A stretch of 40,510 bases of DNA from an uncultured Dehalococcoidia bacterium (GTDB lineage: Bacteria > Chloroflexota > Dehalococcoidia > SZUA-161), in the NCBI GenBank assembly GCA_964353645.1, contig CAYGWR010000003.1:1-40510 (forward strand). Reading direction: 5' to 3'. The first letter of the stretch is position 1; each line of letters begins with the position of its first letter. This document shows, in pieces, positions 26,757 to 35,456 of the stretch. The position numbers and the translations under genes are program-made. The notes beneath the pieces were generated by a model. It had not been told where the DNA came from, did not search any database, and worked only from the letters and a program-made list of their open reading frames with translations.

Positions 26757-27935
26757 ATGGAATTTGCGCTGACGCCAGAGCAGGAACAATTTGTTAAAGA
26801 CTTTCAGAACTATCTAAGAACTCACATGACCACCGAGTTAAAAGAGGAGTTGGATAAGGAGCTTGCCTATTCCGAATCTCCAATTTGCCTGGAGTTCATC
26901 CGTCAGATGGGACGGGATGGCTGGCTTGGGGTAGGCTGGCCTAAAGAATACGGAGGACAGGGCCGCTCCCCCATAGAGCAGCACCTCTTCTTTGAGATCG
27001 CCCATTACGAAGGGGCACCTCTCCCGGTGCTCCCATTGAACACCGTTGGTCCTGCCTTAATGCGGTTCGGCAGCGAAGAGCAAAAAAAGGAGTTTCTCCC
27101 CCGCATATTAATGGGCGAGGTGGAGATATGTATAGGCTATACCGAGTCCGATGCAGGCACCGACCTGGCATCTATCAAGACTGCTGCCGTAAGAGATGGC
27201 GATTACTACATTATCAACGGGGCTAAGGTTTTCACCAGCCTGGCCCACACCAGCGATTATATCTGGCTTGCTGCCAGAACCGACCCCACTGCCCCCAAAA
27301 AGCACCATGGCATCTCGGTCTTCCTGATTCCCATGAATACCCCGGGCATAACCATAAAGCCGCTTTACACCATGCCCGGCGAACGAAATAATTACACCTT
27401 CTATGACAATGTGAGAGTCCCCAAATCCTGCCTTGTTGGAGAGGAGAATAAGGGCTGGAAATACATAACTACCCAGCTCGACTTCGAGCGCATAATGTTG
27501 AGCCCCTCCTCACCGATGAGAAGGAATATCGAAGATACAATTCAATGGGCAAAGGAGACCAAGGTCGACGGTACACCCGTAATAGAGCACCATGGAGTCA
27601 AGACCACGTTGGCTGAGCTGCTCATGGAAGTAGAAGTCCTCAAGATACTTAATTATCAGGTAGCATGGCTGATAACCAATGGGGTTGTCCCCTACGCCGA
27701 AGCCTCAATGGTCAAGGTATTCGGCTCGGAGTTATATCAGCGAGTTAATGGGACCTTGCTACAGATAATGGGCCAGTACGGACAGTTGCAGGCCCAATCC
27801 AAATGGGCCCCCTTAAGAGGGAGAGTGGAGAAGGCTTTCCGGAGCGATATAGTATTCATCTTCGGCGGCGGCGCAATCGAAGTCCAGAAGAACATTATAG
27901 CTATGGCAGGTTTGGGCATGCCCCGTTCTTCTTAG
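26757..27935 (+). CDS. Acyl-CoA dehydrogenase, catalytic subunit type (FadE29/FadE26-like)
   Basis: GWLGVGWPKEYGG, LNTVGP, IGYTESDAGTDLAS, INGAKVFTS, TTQLDFER, FGGG..EVQK. ATG at 26757 after AGGAGG. Confidence 0.93.
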   Translation: MEFALTPEQEQFVKDFQNYLRTHMTTELKEELDKELAYSESPICLEFIRQMGRDGWLGVGWPKEYGGQGRSPIEQHLFFEIAHYEGAPLPVLPLNTVGPALMRFGSEEQKKEFLPRILMGEVEICIGYTESDAGTDLASIKTAAVRDGDYYIINGAKVFTSLAHTSDYIWLAARTDPTAPKKHHGISVFLIPMNTPGITIKPLYTMPGERNNYTFYDNVRVPKSCLVGEENKGWKYITTQLDFERIMLSPSSPMRRNIEDTIQWAKETKVDGTPVIEHHGVKTTLAELLMEVEVLKILNYQVAWLITNGVVPYAEASMVKVFGSELYQRVNGTLLQIMGQYGQLQAQSKWAPLRGRVEKAFRSDIVFIFGGGAIEVQKNIIAMAGLGMPRSS

Positions 27936-27975
27936 AGCAGGGCTAAGGGATTCGACGATTTGGAGGTAATTTCGA

Positions 27976-28485
27976 ATGAGCCAGGGTGTCTATGAAAAAC
28001 TGCAAGCAATGGTAGGGGAAGAGGCAGGTCCCTTCGAGGCTGCCGACGAGGTAAACAGGGCAATGATACGGCACTGGTGCGAAGCCATGGAGGATGCCAA
28101 CCCTCTCTATACGGATGAGAAGTACGCCAAGAAAAGCAGGTACGCCAGCATCATCGCTCCTCCTCAGATGGTGCAGGCATATTGCATCCCTCCACTGTGG
28201 CCTAAGAAGGTGCTGCCAGACCCGCAGGCAAAGGCTGTGAGGATGATGGACGAAGCTGGCTATGCCGGCGTGGTAGCCACCACTACCTCTCAGGAATACT
28301 TCCGCCCCATGCGGCCCGGCGACCGGCTAAGCTACAAGCTAAAGTTTGTCAGCGTGTCTCCTGAGAAAACAACCAGGCTGGGAACAGGACACTTCATGAC
28401 CTCTGAGTACACGTATACCAACCAGAAAGGCGAAGTAGTCTGTATCCAGTCCTTTACAATACTCAAATTCAAACCGGCAGTTTAG
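27976..28485 (+). CDS. MaoC-like hot-dog protein, homologous to the N-terminal domain of ChsH2
   Basis: VNRAMIRHWCEAMEDANPLY, IIAPPQM, AGYAGVVAT, RPGD, KTTRLGTGHF. Confidence 0.88.
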   Translation: MSQGVYEKLQAMVGEEAGPFEAADEVNRAMIRHWCEAMEDANPLYTDEKYAKKSRYASIIAPPQMVQAYCIPPLWPKKVLPDPQAKAVRMMDEAGYAGVVATTTSQEYFRPMRPGDRLSYKLKFVSVSPEKTTRLGTGHFMTSEYTYTNQKGEVVCIQSFTILKFKPAV

Positions 28486-28509
28486 GAAGTATTAGGAAAG
28501 GGGCTTTAT

Positions 28510-28941
28510 ATGGCTTCGAAATCAATCTACTGGGATGCAATTAAGGAAGGCGAGGAGCTTCCCGTACAGAAGCGTGAAATAACACGCACCACCGTTATTG
28601 CGACAGCTATAGCCACCAGGGACTTCACCCCTGTACATCACGACCACGAGGCAGCCCAAAAGTCGGGAGCCCAGGATATCTTCTTGAACATACTGACCAC
28701 AGGAGGGTTCATCGGTAAGTATATGACCGATTGGAGCGGGCCTGAAGGGCAACTGAAGAAGATAGTAATTCGCCTGGGGGCTACCTGCTACCCCGGCGAT
28801 ATCCTGACCAGCACGGGCAAAGTGGTTAAGAAATACACCCAGGGAGATGAGCGCCTGGTGGATATCGAATACAACCTCTCTGTGGCGATGGGGCCGCACG
28901 CGTGGGGAACCGTAACCATGGCTCTGCCCACCAAAAGCTAA
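28510..28941 (+). CDS. MaoC family (R)-hydratase, ChsH1-like
   Basis: ATRDFTPVHHD hydratase Asp/His motif, DIFLNILT, TDWSGP, IRLG...YPGD. Confidence 0.9.
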   Translation: MASKSIYWDAIKEGEELPVQKREITRTTVIATAIATRDFTPVHHDHEAAQKSGAQDIFLNILTTGGFIGKYMTDWSGPEGQLKKIVIRLGATCYPGDILTSTGKVVKKYTQGDERLVDIEYNLSVAMGPHAWGTVTMALPTKS

Positions 28942-28953
28942 GGAGGCATATCA

Positions 28954-30186
28954 ATGGCGATGTTCGACCAGTATCTTGCCCGAAGGTATCGGACAACGGT
29001 GAGGCCGAGACCTGCGGATTACAAAATCAAGGATAACGTTGCTATCGTGGGAATAGGGGCAACAGCCTTCTCCAAGGATTCCGGCAGAAGCGAGTGCCAG
29101 CAGGCGTGCGAGGCTATAAAAGCAGCGGTTGATGATGCAGGGCTGAAAATCGAAGAAATAGACGGCCTGGTTAAGTTCGCCATGGACTACACTGATGAGA
29201 TGCATATTATCAGCGCCCTGGGAATCCCCAGGCTGAACTACTTCGGTGAGTGTGGCTGGGGCGGGGGCGCTTCCTGCGCCACCATCGTACATGCAGCGAC
29301 GGCAGTAGCCGCAGGTGCAGCCAAATATGTGGTCTGCTACCGAGGCATGAATGAGCGCTCCGGACGCCGCTACGGTCGCATACCGGGGGTGGAGCAGGTG
29401 ATGATCTCGCCCAACGACCACTATGGATCGATAATGCCCTACGGCTTCGCTACCCCACCGTCGTGGGTGGCCATGTTCGCAACCAGATATATGCATGAGT
29501 TTGGTGCTACCAGCGACCAGCTAGGTACGATCTGTGTCGTTTTAAGAGAGTATGCATGCCGGAACCCCAAGGCATTGTTTTACGGTAAGCCGATTACGCT
29601 CGAAGACTACAGAGCAGCCCGGATGATTGTCGAACCGCTGCGACTTTTCGATTGCTGCGTTGATACCGATGGAGCCGTAGCAATCATCGTAACCAGCACC
29701 GAAAGGGCGAAAGACCTCAAGCAGAGACCAGCTATAATCCTGGGTGCAACTCAGGGCATTGCCACCCAGGGGGAGATGATGACAAGTGTCTACCGACCCA
29801 GGATATCCGGGCTCCCGGAAGCATGGTATGCGGCGCAGGAACTCTGGAGGGTGTCGGGCGTAACACCTAAGGACATAGATGTCGCACAGTTCTACGATGC
29901 CTTCAGCCCTTTGATTCCTATGCAGTTGGAAGAATACGGTTTCTGCGGCGTAGGCGAAGGTGCGGCTTTCTGCGCAGGAGGCGATCGTATCAGGTTGGGA
30001 GGAGAGATTCCCTGCAACACCTCAGGGGGCCACCTCTCAGAGGCATATCTCCATGGCATGAATCTAATCGCAGAGGCAGTGCGGCAGATTAGGGGCACTT
30101 CCACTTCCCAGGTAAAAGATGCAGAGCTGAGCCTTGTCACCGGCGGGCTTGGTGTCCCCACCAGCGCCCTTGTTCTAAGGAGGTAA
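28954..30186 (+). CDS. Ltp2-like retro-aldolase (thiolase superfamily)
   Basis: AIVGIGATAFSKDSGRSE, GGGASCAT, YRGMNERSG, LFDCC, FYDAF, GHLSEAYLHGMN, AVRQIRGTS, GVPTSALVL. Confidence 0.9.
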   Translation: MAMFDQYLARRYRTTVRPRPADYKIKDNVAIVGIGATAFSKDSGRSECQQACEAIKAAVDDAGLKIEEIDGLVKFAMDYTDEMHIISALGIPRLNYFGECGWGGGASCATIVHAATAVAAGAAKYVVCYRGMNERSGRRYGRIPGVEQVMISPNDHYGSIMPYGFATPPSWVAMFATRYMHEFGATSDQLGTICVVLREYACRNPKALFYGKPITLEDYRAARMIVEPLRLFDCCVDTDGAVAIIVTSTERAKDLKQRPAIILGATQGIATQGEMMTSVYRPRISGLPEAWYAAQELWRVSGVTPKDIDVAQFYDAFSPLIPMQLEEYGFCGVGEGAAFCAGGDRIRLGGEIPCNTSGGHLSEAYLHGMNLIAEAVRQIRGTSTSQVKDAELSLVTGGLGVPTSALVLRR

Positions 30187-30189
30187 GAA

Positions 30190-30618
30190 ATGGTTATGGA
30201 ATATAGCCCAGCAATCCCCCTTCTACGTCCCCACATTGATCTCGACGACCAGGGATTCTGGGAGGCCGTTAAGCAGCACAAGCTTGTCTTCCAGAAGTGC
30301 AAGAGCTGCGGCTTACTTGTGCACAGGCCGCGACCTATGTGCCCCAGGTGCAACTCGATGAAGAAGGAATGGGCGCCTTCCTCGGGCAAGGGCACGATAT
30401 ATAGCTGGGTCAATTTCGTCTATGCCAATGCGGCATACCCGGGGATAAAGATCCCCTACCTTGTAGTGGTTGTGGAGATGCAAGAGGGAGTGCGCATGAT
30501 CAGCAATATGCACGGCGTGAAGAGAGAGGACATCTATATCGGGATGCCGGTGGAAGTGGTTTTCGATGACATAGCAGATGATTTGACCCTTCCCAAATTC
30601 AAGAGAAGGGAAGTTTAA
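30190..30618 (+). CDS. DUF35 Zn-ribbon/OB-fold protein (ChsH2 C-terminal-like)
   Basis: FWEA...LVFQKCKSC...PRPMCPRC, GKGTIYSW, EGVRMISN, IGMPVEVVF, LTLPKF. Confidence 0.93.
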   Translation: MVMEYSPAIPLLRPHIDLDDQGFWEAVKQHKLVFQKCKSCGLLVHRPRPMCPRCNSMKKEWAPSSGKGTIYSWVNFVYANAAYPGIKIPYLVVVVEMQEGVRMISNMHGVKREDIYIGMPVEVVFDDIADDLTLPKFKRREV

Positions 30619-30637
30619 CTGAGGTGAAGGTGCTGCA

Positions 30638-31819
30638 ATGACTATAATGAGAAGTATCAAGAATAAGGCGGCTATCGTCGGTATCGGGATGAGCGGCTTC
30701 TCCAAGGATTCCCAGCGAACCGAGCTATATATTGCCTGCGAGACCATAAAAGCAGCGCTGGATGATGCAGGATTAACTACAGCCGACATAGATGGCTTGG
30801 TTAAGCAGACCGACGATGCCTCCGATGAACATGCCATTACCAGTTCCATGGGGATGGGGAATCTAACCTACTTCGGCGAGTGCCGCTGGGGCGCAGCGCC
30901 CAGTGCCATGGTTATGCGTGCCGCCATGGGGGTTGCTGCAGGAGTTGCCAACTACATCGTCATCTTCAGGGCTGTGAATGGCTCATCCAAGAGGCGAATG
31001 ATTCCCAGTATGCGTAGCTCAGGTCAGATGTCTACATCTGACCTGCTCCAGTGGACATTCCACGCCCCCTTCGGACACATGTCCGAGGCCGGGCGTGTCG
31101 CCATGATTGTACGCCGGTACATGCATGAGTTCAGTATCAACAACAACCAGTTCGGTTGGGTGCCCGTAGTATGCAGGGAACACGGCGCCAAGAACCAGGC
31201 TAGCATGTTCTACAAGAAGCCGATTACCATCAATGACTATCTTAAATCAGAGATGGTTGTAGACCCTCTTAGAAGGCTGGACTGCTATGAGGAGGCAGAT
31301 GCCGCTGCTGCTCTGGTCATTACCACTGCAGAGAGAGCCAAAGACCTGAGGCAGCGAGCGGTCTACGTGCTGGGAGCCGCTCAGAACATGGTGCCTGAAA
31401 CCGAGGAACTGCATTCATACTATCGTCCGTCTATCTCAAGTCTTCCAGAGATGGTACAATTGAGGAAGACGGTTTTCGCTATGGCTGGCGTAACCCCCAG
31501 GGAAATAGATTGCGTTCAACTCGATGATTCATACGGGCCTTTCGTCCCCATGCAGTTGGAGGCATTGGGATTCTGCGGTCGGGGCGAAGGGGTGGCCTTC
31601 TGCGACGGTGGGGCCCGCATAAAGGTAGGAGGGGAGCTACCCCTCAACACCTCAGGCGGCTCGCTGGGCGAGGGGCATATACACGGCATGAACCATGTCA
31701 TTGAGGCTGTGCGTCAGATAAGAGGCACGTCAACAGCCCAGGTCAAGGATGCCAGGTTGGTGCTGGTTGCCTCTGGGGCAGGTGGCCCGGCCAGTAGCCT
31801 CATTCTAGGAGGTAAATGA
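30638..31819 (+). CDS. Second Ltp2-like protein (divergent active site)
   Basis: AAIVGIG...FSKDS, LRRLDC, QLDDSY, NTSGGSLGEGHIHGMN, AVRQIRGTS. Confidence 0.88.
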   Translation: MTIMRSIKNKAAIVGIGMSGFSKDSQRTELYIACETIKAALDDAGLTTADIDGLVKQTDDASDEHAITSSMGMGNLTYFGECRWGAAPSAMVMRAAMGVAAGVANYIVIFRAVNGSSKRRMIPSMRSSGQMSTSDLLQWTFHAPFGHMSEAGRVAMIVRRYMHEFSINNNQFGWVPVVCREHGAKNQASMFYKKPITINDYLKSEMVVDPLRRLDCYEEADAAAALVITTAERAKDLRQRAVYVLGAAQNMVPETEELHSYYRPSISSLPEMVQLRKTVFAMAGVTPREIDCVQLDDSYGPFVPMQLEALGFCGRGEGVAFCDGGARIKVGGELPLNTSGGSLGEGHIHGMNHVIEAVRQIRGTSTAQVKDARLVLVASGAGGPASSLILGGK

Positions 31820-32238
31820 TGAGCGTGGCTTACGATAAGGAACATCCTATACCCATGCCTCCCATTCTTTGGGACAATATGGGTTTTTGGGAAGGTGTTA
31901 AAAGGCATGAGCTAGTCTTCCAGAAGTGTAAGCAGTGCGGCACCTGGCTCCACCCACCCAGGCCGGTTTGCCCTAAGTGTCGTTCCCTGGAAAAAGAATG
32001 GGCTCCTTCTAAGGGGAGAGGGACTATTTACAGTTGGGTCACCTATCGAGAGTCGCCACACCCTGCTTTCAAAGCCCCGTATTCAGTAGTGCTGGTGGAG
32101 TTGGATGAAGGAGTGCGGCTGGTGAGCAATATGGTTGATGTAAAGCCAGATGAAATATTTATCGGTATGCCCGTAGAAGTGGCCTTCGACGATATATCAG
32201 AGGGTTTGACCCTGCCCAAGTTCAGAAAGGTAGGTTAG
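31816..32238 (+). CDS. DUF35 Zn-ribbon/OB-fold protein
   Basis: FWEG...LVFQKCKQC...PPRPVCPKC, GTIYSW, EGVRLVSN, IGMPVEVAF. Paralog of 30190..30618. Start is 31816 or 31819. Confidence 0.93.
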   Translation: MMSVAYDKEHPIPMPPILWDNMGFWEGVKRHELVFQKCKQCGTWLHPPRPVCPKCRSLEKEWAPSKGRGTIYSWVTYRESPHPAFKAPYSVVLVELDEGVRLVSNMVDVKPDEIFIGMPVEVAFDDISEGLTLPKFRKVG

Positions 32239-32241
32239 AAC

Positions 32242-33375
32242 ATGGACTTCGCCCCTAGTGAAGAGCAGGAGATGCTGAAGAAATCGGCAAGAGATTTTCT
32301 CAGCGTGGAGTGCCCCAAGAAAGTAGTGAGGGAGATAGAGGCCGGCGACCTGGGCTATTCTCCTGAGCTGTGGAAGAAGATGGCATCACTGGGCTGGATG
32401 GGGCTGGCGCTGCCTGAGGAGTACGGTGGAGCCGGGCTTAGCCTGCTCGACATGGCAGTGCTGTTTGAGGAGTTCGGACGCGCTGCAATGACCGAACCCA
32501 TGTTCAGTACCGTTGTGCTGGGAGCACTCCCCATTCTGCAATGGGGAACTGAGGAACAGAAAAAGGCATTCCTGCCTAAAGTGGCAACTGGTAAGCTTTT
32601 CCTGACCATGGCGCTGGCAGAGCCAAGTGTAAACGAGGACCCCATGTTCGTCACCACTCGCGCCATGACAAAAGATGATGGCTTCCTAATCCACGGCACT
32701 AAGCTCTTTGTTCCCTACGCTCATATCGCAGACTATCTTCTCGTGGTGGCAAGAACAAAGGGAGTCGCCGGCGATAAAAAAGGTGTCACTGTTTTCATCG
32801 TTGATAGAAAGGCTCAGGGTATCAACATCACTCCGCTGGTAACCATCGCCGCCGACAAGCAGTTCGAGGTTCAGTTCGATAAGGTATTTGTTTCGTCTAA
32901 AAACATACTCGGAAGCCTGCATAACGGTCTCCCTCTGGTTAGAGAGACGCTCAAGAAGGCTACAGCAATACAATGCGCTGAGATGGTGGGCGTGGCACAG
33001 CAAGAAATGGAGATGACAGCCGAGCATACCAAGAATCGAGTACAGTTTGGGCGCCCTATCGGCACCTTCCAGGCCGTGCAGCACCGCCTGGCCGATATGT
33101 TCATCGATGTCAACGGGGCTCGTTGGACTACATATCAAGCGGTGTGGCGCCTGAGCGAGGGCCTCCCGGCTGACCGTGAGGTGGCCATCGCCAAAGCATT
33201 CGCTAACATCGCCTGCCAGCGGGTTGCTTTCAGTGCCCAGCAACTACACGGCGGCGTCGGCGTTGACAAAGACTATGACCTTCATTTCTATTTCCGTCGT
33301 GCCAAGGCTTTTGCATTAACCCTTGGCAGCACACCTTTCCATTTAAAGGCAATCGAGGCAGAAATAAGTGGTTAG
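32242..33375 (+). CDS. Acyl-CoA dehydrogenase, non-catalytic partner type (FadE27/FadE28-like)
   Basis: LGWMGLALPEEYGG, GTKLFVP, RVQFGRPIGTFQAVQHRLAD, QQLHGGVG. No Glu at either catalytic position; shortened C-terminus LTLGSTPFHL. Confidence 0.92.
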   Translation: MDFAPSEEQEMLKKSARDFLSVECPKKVVREIEAGDLGYSPELWKKMASLGWMGLALPEEYGGAGLSLLDMAVLFEEFGRAAMTEPMFSTVVLGALPILQWGTEEQKKAFLPKVATGKLFLTMALAEPSVNEDPMFVTTRAMTKDDGFLIHGTKLFVPYAHIADYLLVVARTKGVAGDKKGVTVFIVDRKAQGINITPLVTIAADKQFEVQFDKVFVSSKNILGSLHNGLPLVRETLKKATAIQCAEMVGVAQQEMEMTAEHTKNRVQFGRPIGTFQAVQHRLADMFIDVNGARWTTYQAVWRLSEGLPADREVAIAKAFANIACQRVAFSAQQLHGGVGVDKDYDLHFYFRRAKAFALTLGSTPFHLKAIEAEISG

Positions 33376-33431
33376 GCAATGTTGAGTATCGCCAACCGGC
33401 AGGGGAAAAACCAGTCAAGGAAGGAGACAGA

Positions 33432-34235
33432 ATGTTAGTCGGAGGCTGTGACGTAGGTTCAGCTACGGGCAAGGCCGTTATAATGAGGAATGCGGAAGTC
33501 ATCTCGTATGAGATCATACCGTCCACAACCAAGCCCGAGGTGACGGCACGGACGGTTATGGATAAGGCCGTGGAGAAGGCCGGCCTATCATCAATCGCAG
33601 ACCTTGATTACATCGTTGGCACAGGATACGGAAGGCTCAAGGTTCCTTTCGCCAACGAGAACATCTCGGAGATCACATGCCACGCCCGAGGTGCGCAATG
33701 GCTCTTACCTACCGTTAGAACGGTGGTGGATATAGGAGGGCAGGACTGCAAGGTGATGTCGCTTGGGGAGAACGGCAAAGTGCTGGAATTCGTTATGAAC
33801 GACCGGTGTGCTGCTGGGACAGGCAGATTCTTTGAAGCCATGGCGAGGGTTCTCGACTGCGGACTTCAAGGGCTGTCAGAACTGGCGCTCCAAGGCAAGA
33901 ACCCTGCAACCATCTCCAGCCAGTGCAGCGTGTTCGCCGAGTCGGAGGTAGTAACCCTGGTCAATGAGGGCATGGAGCTGTCCGACATCGTAGCAGGTCT
34001 CCATGCTTCAATAGCCAGCAGACTGAACTCAATGGTGCGAAAGGTAGGATTGGTCGAGGACGTAGTGCTCACCGGGGGATGTGCGAAGAACGACGGCCTG
34101 GCCAAGGCACTTGAAGACAAGCTCGGTGTGACCGTCAAGAAGCTATCCCTCGACCCGCAGATCGCGGGGGCAATTGGAGCTGCGCTGATTGCTGCAGAAA
34201 GAGTAAGCAAGCAGCGCATGAAGAGCCCTGCCTGA
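33432..34235 (+). CDS. ASKHA-family ATP-dependent electron-transfer activator (HgdC/BcrAD-like)
   Basis: GCDVGSATGK, TGYGR, SEITCHARG, DIGGQDCK, MNDRCAAGTGRF, CSVFAESEV, TGGCAKN. Confidence 0.95.
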   Translation: MLVGGCDVGSATGKAVIMRNAEVISYEIIPSTTKPEVTARTVMDKAVEKAGLSSIADLDYIVGTGYGRLKVPFANENISEITCHARGAQWLLPTVRTVVDIGGQDCKVMSLGENGKVLEFVMNDRCAAGTGRFFEAMARVLDCGLQGLSELALQGKNPATISSQCSVFAESEVVTLVNEGMELSDIVAGLHASIASRLNSMVRKVGLVEDVVLTGGCAKNDGLAKALEDKLGVTVKKLSLDPQIAGAIGAALIAAERVSKQRMKSPA

Positions 34236-34304
34236 AGGAGGCAGCAAAACGCACAGACGAAATAGACAACCATCAAGCCTATTCTATGAAAGGAGGTACA
34301 GCCA

Positions 34305-35453
34305 TTGGAATCAAAGATAAAGTCAAAGGTGTTCGAGCAGTTCAGTGAAGCGACCAAGACGCTACTTAACCCGGCGCTGAAGAACTGGAAGGACCAGGGG
34401 GGTAAGATATTGGGGTACTTCTGCTCCACTGTCCCTGAGGAGCTAATCACCGCCGCCGGGTTAGTTCCATTCCGAATGAGGGCGACAGGTAGCACGAGTA
34501 CGGAGGAGTCGGATGCGTTCTTCAGTGGCATCAACTGCAGCTTTCCACGCCACTGTTTCAACCTGGCGCTGACCGGCGAGTTCAAGTTTTTAGACGGAGT
34601 TATTTGCATCAACTCTTGTGACCACGTGCGGCGCATATATGACAACTGGATACGCTTTGTGCCTGACACGCAGTTTGTCGAAGTCATGAGCCTTCCCCGG
34701 AAGACGGAACCTGCCCAAGTGGCCTGGTACCGCGACGAGATTAATCTTCTCAAAGGGAAGCTTGAGAAGCACTTTGGCGTTGAGATTAGTGACAAAACCC
34801 TGTGGAAAGCGATTAAGCTGCACAATGAAACACGGCGGCTGCAGAAGAAACTCTACGAGCTCAGAAAGCAGGAGAGACCGCCGATCACAGGCGCGGAGAC
34901 GCTTGCCGTAATGGTTGCCGGCACTGCCATGCCCAAGGAACAATACAATAACATGCTTCGTGAGCTGTTGGGTGAGTTGAGCGGGGCCAAGGGTCCGGGC
35001 AGCCACAGGGCGCGACTGATGATCGTAGGAGGCATCCTTGACGACCCCGCGTACATCAAGGTCATCGAGGACCAGGGCGGCCTCGTCGTCGCCGACTCGC
35101 TCTGCTTCGGCACCAGGATCATGTGGGTTGAAGTTGACGAAAGCCTCAGCGACCCTGCAGAAGCCCTGGCGAAATATTATGTGGCTGACCGCCCCTCGTG
35201 TCCCCGGTTTTACGGCGAGCACGACAACCGGGCTAAGTATGTCATAGACATGTGCCGCAAGTTCAAATGTGATGGTGTCATCGGAGAAAGGCTGATGTTC
35301 TGTGACCTCTGGGCAGTTGAGCACTATATGCTGGGGCAGGACCTCAAAGCTGCAGGCATTCCGATGCTGAAGCTGGATAGGGAATACATTACAGGTGGTA
35401 TAGGCCAATTGAGAACCCGAGTCCAGGCGTTCCTGGAAACGATGGGGAGGTAA
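34305..35453 (+). CDS. 2-hydroxyacyl-CoA dehydratase / class I benzoyl-CoA reductase family subunit (HgdB/FldC-like)
   Basis: GYFCSTVPEELI.AAG, NCSFPR, SCDH, CFG.R, FCDL, GQLRTRVQAFLE. TTG start after AAGGAGG. Confidence 0.9.
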   Translation: MESKIKSKVFEQFSEATKTLLNPALKNWKDQGGKILGYFCSTVPEELITAAGLVPFRMRATGSTSTEESDAFFSGINCSFPRHCFNLALTGEFKFLDGVICINSCDHVRRIYDNWIRFVPDTQFVEVMSLPRKTEPAQVAWYRDEINLLKGKLEKHFGVEISDKTLWKAIKLHNETRRLQKKLYELRKQERPPITGAETLAVMVAGTAMPKEQYNNMLRELLGELSGAKGPGSHRARLMIVGGILDDPAYIKVIEDQGGLVVADSLCFGTRIMWVEVDESLSDPAEALAKYYVADRPSCPRFYGEHDNRAKYVIDMCRKFKCDGVIGERLMFCDLWAVEHYMLGQDLKAAGIPMLKLDREYITGGIGQLRTRVQAFLETMGR

Positions 35454-35456
35454 GCA

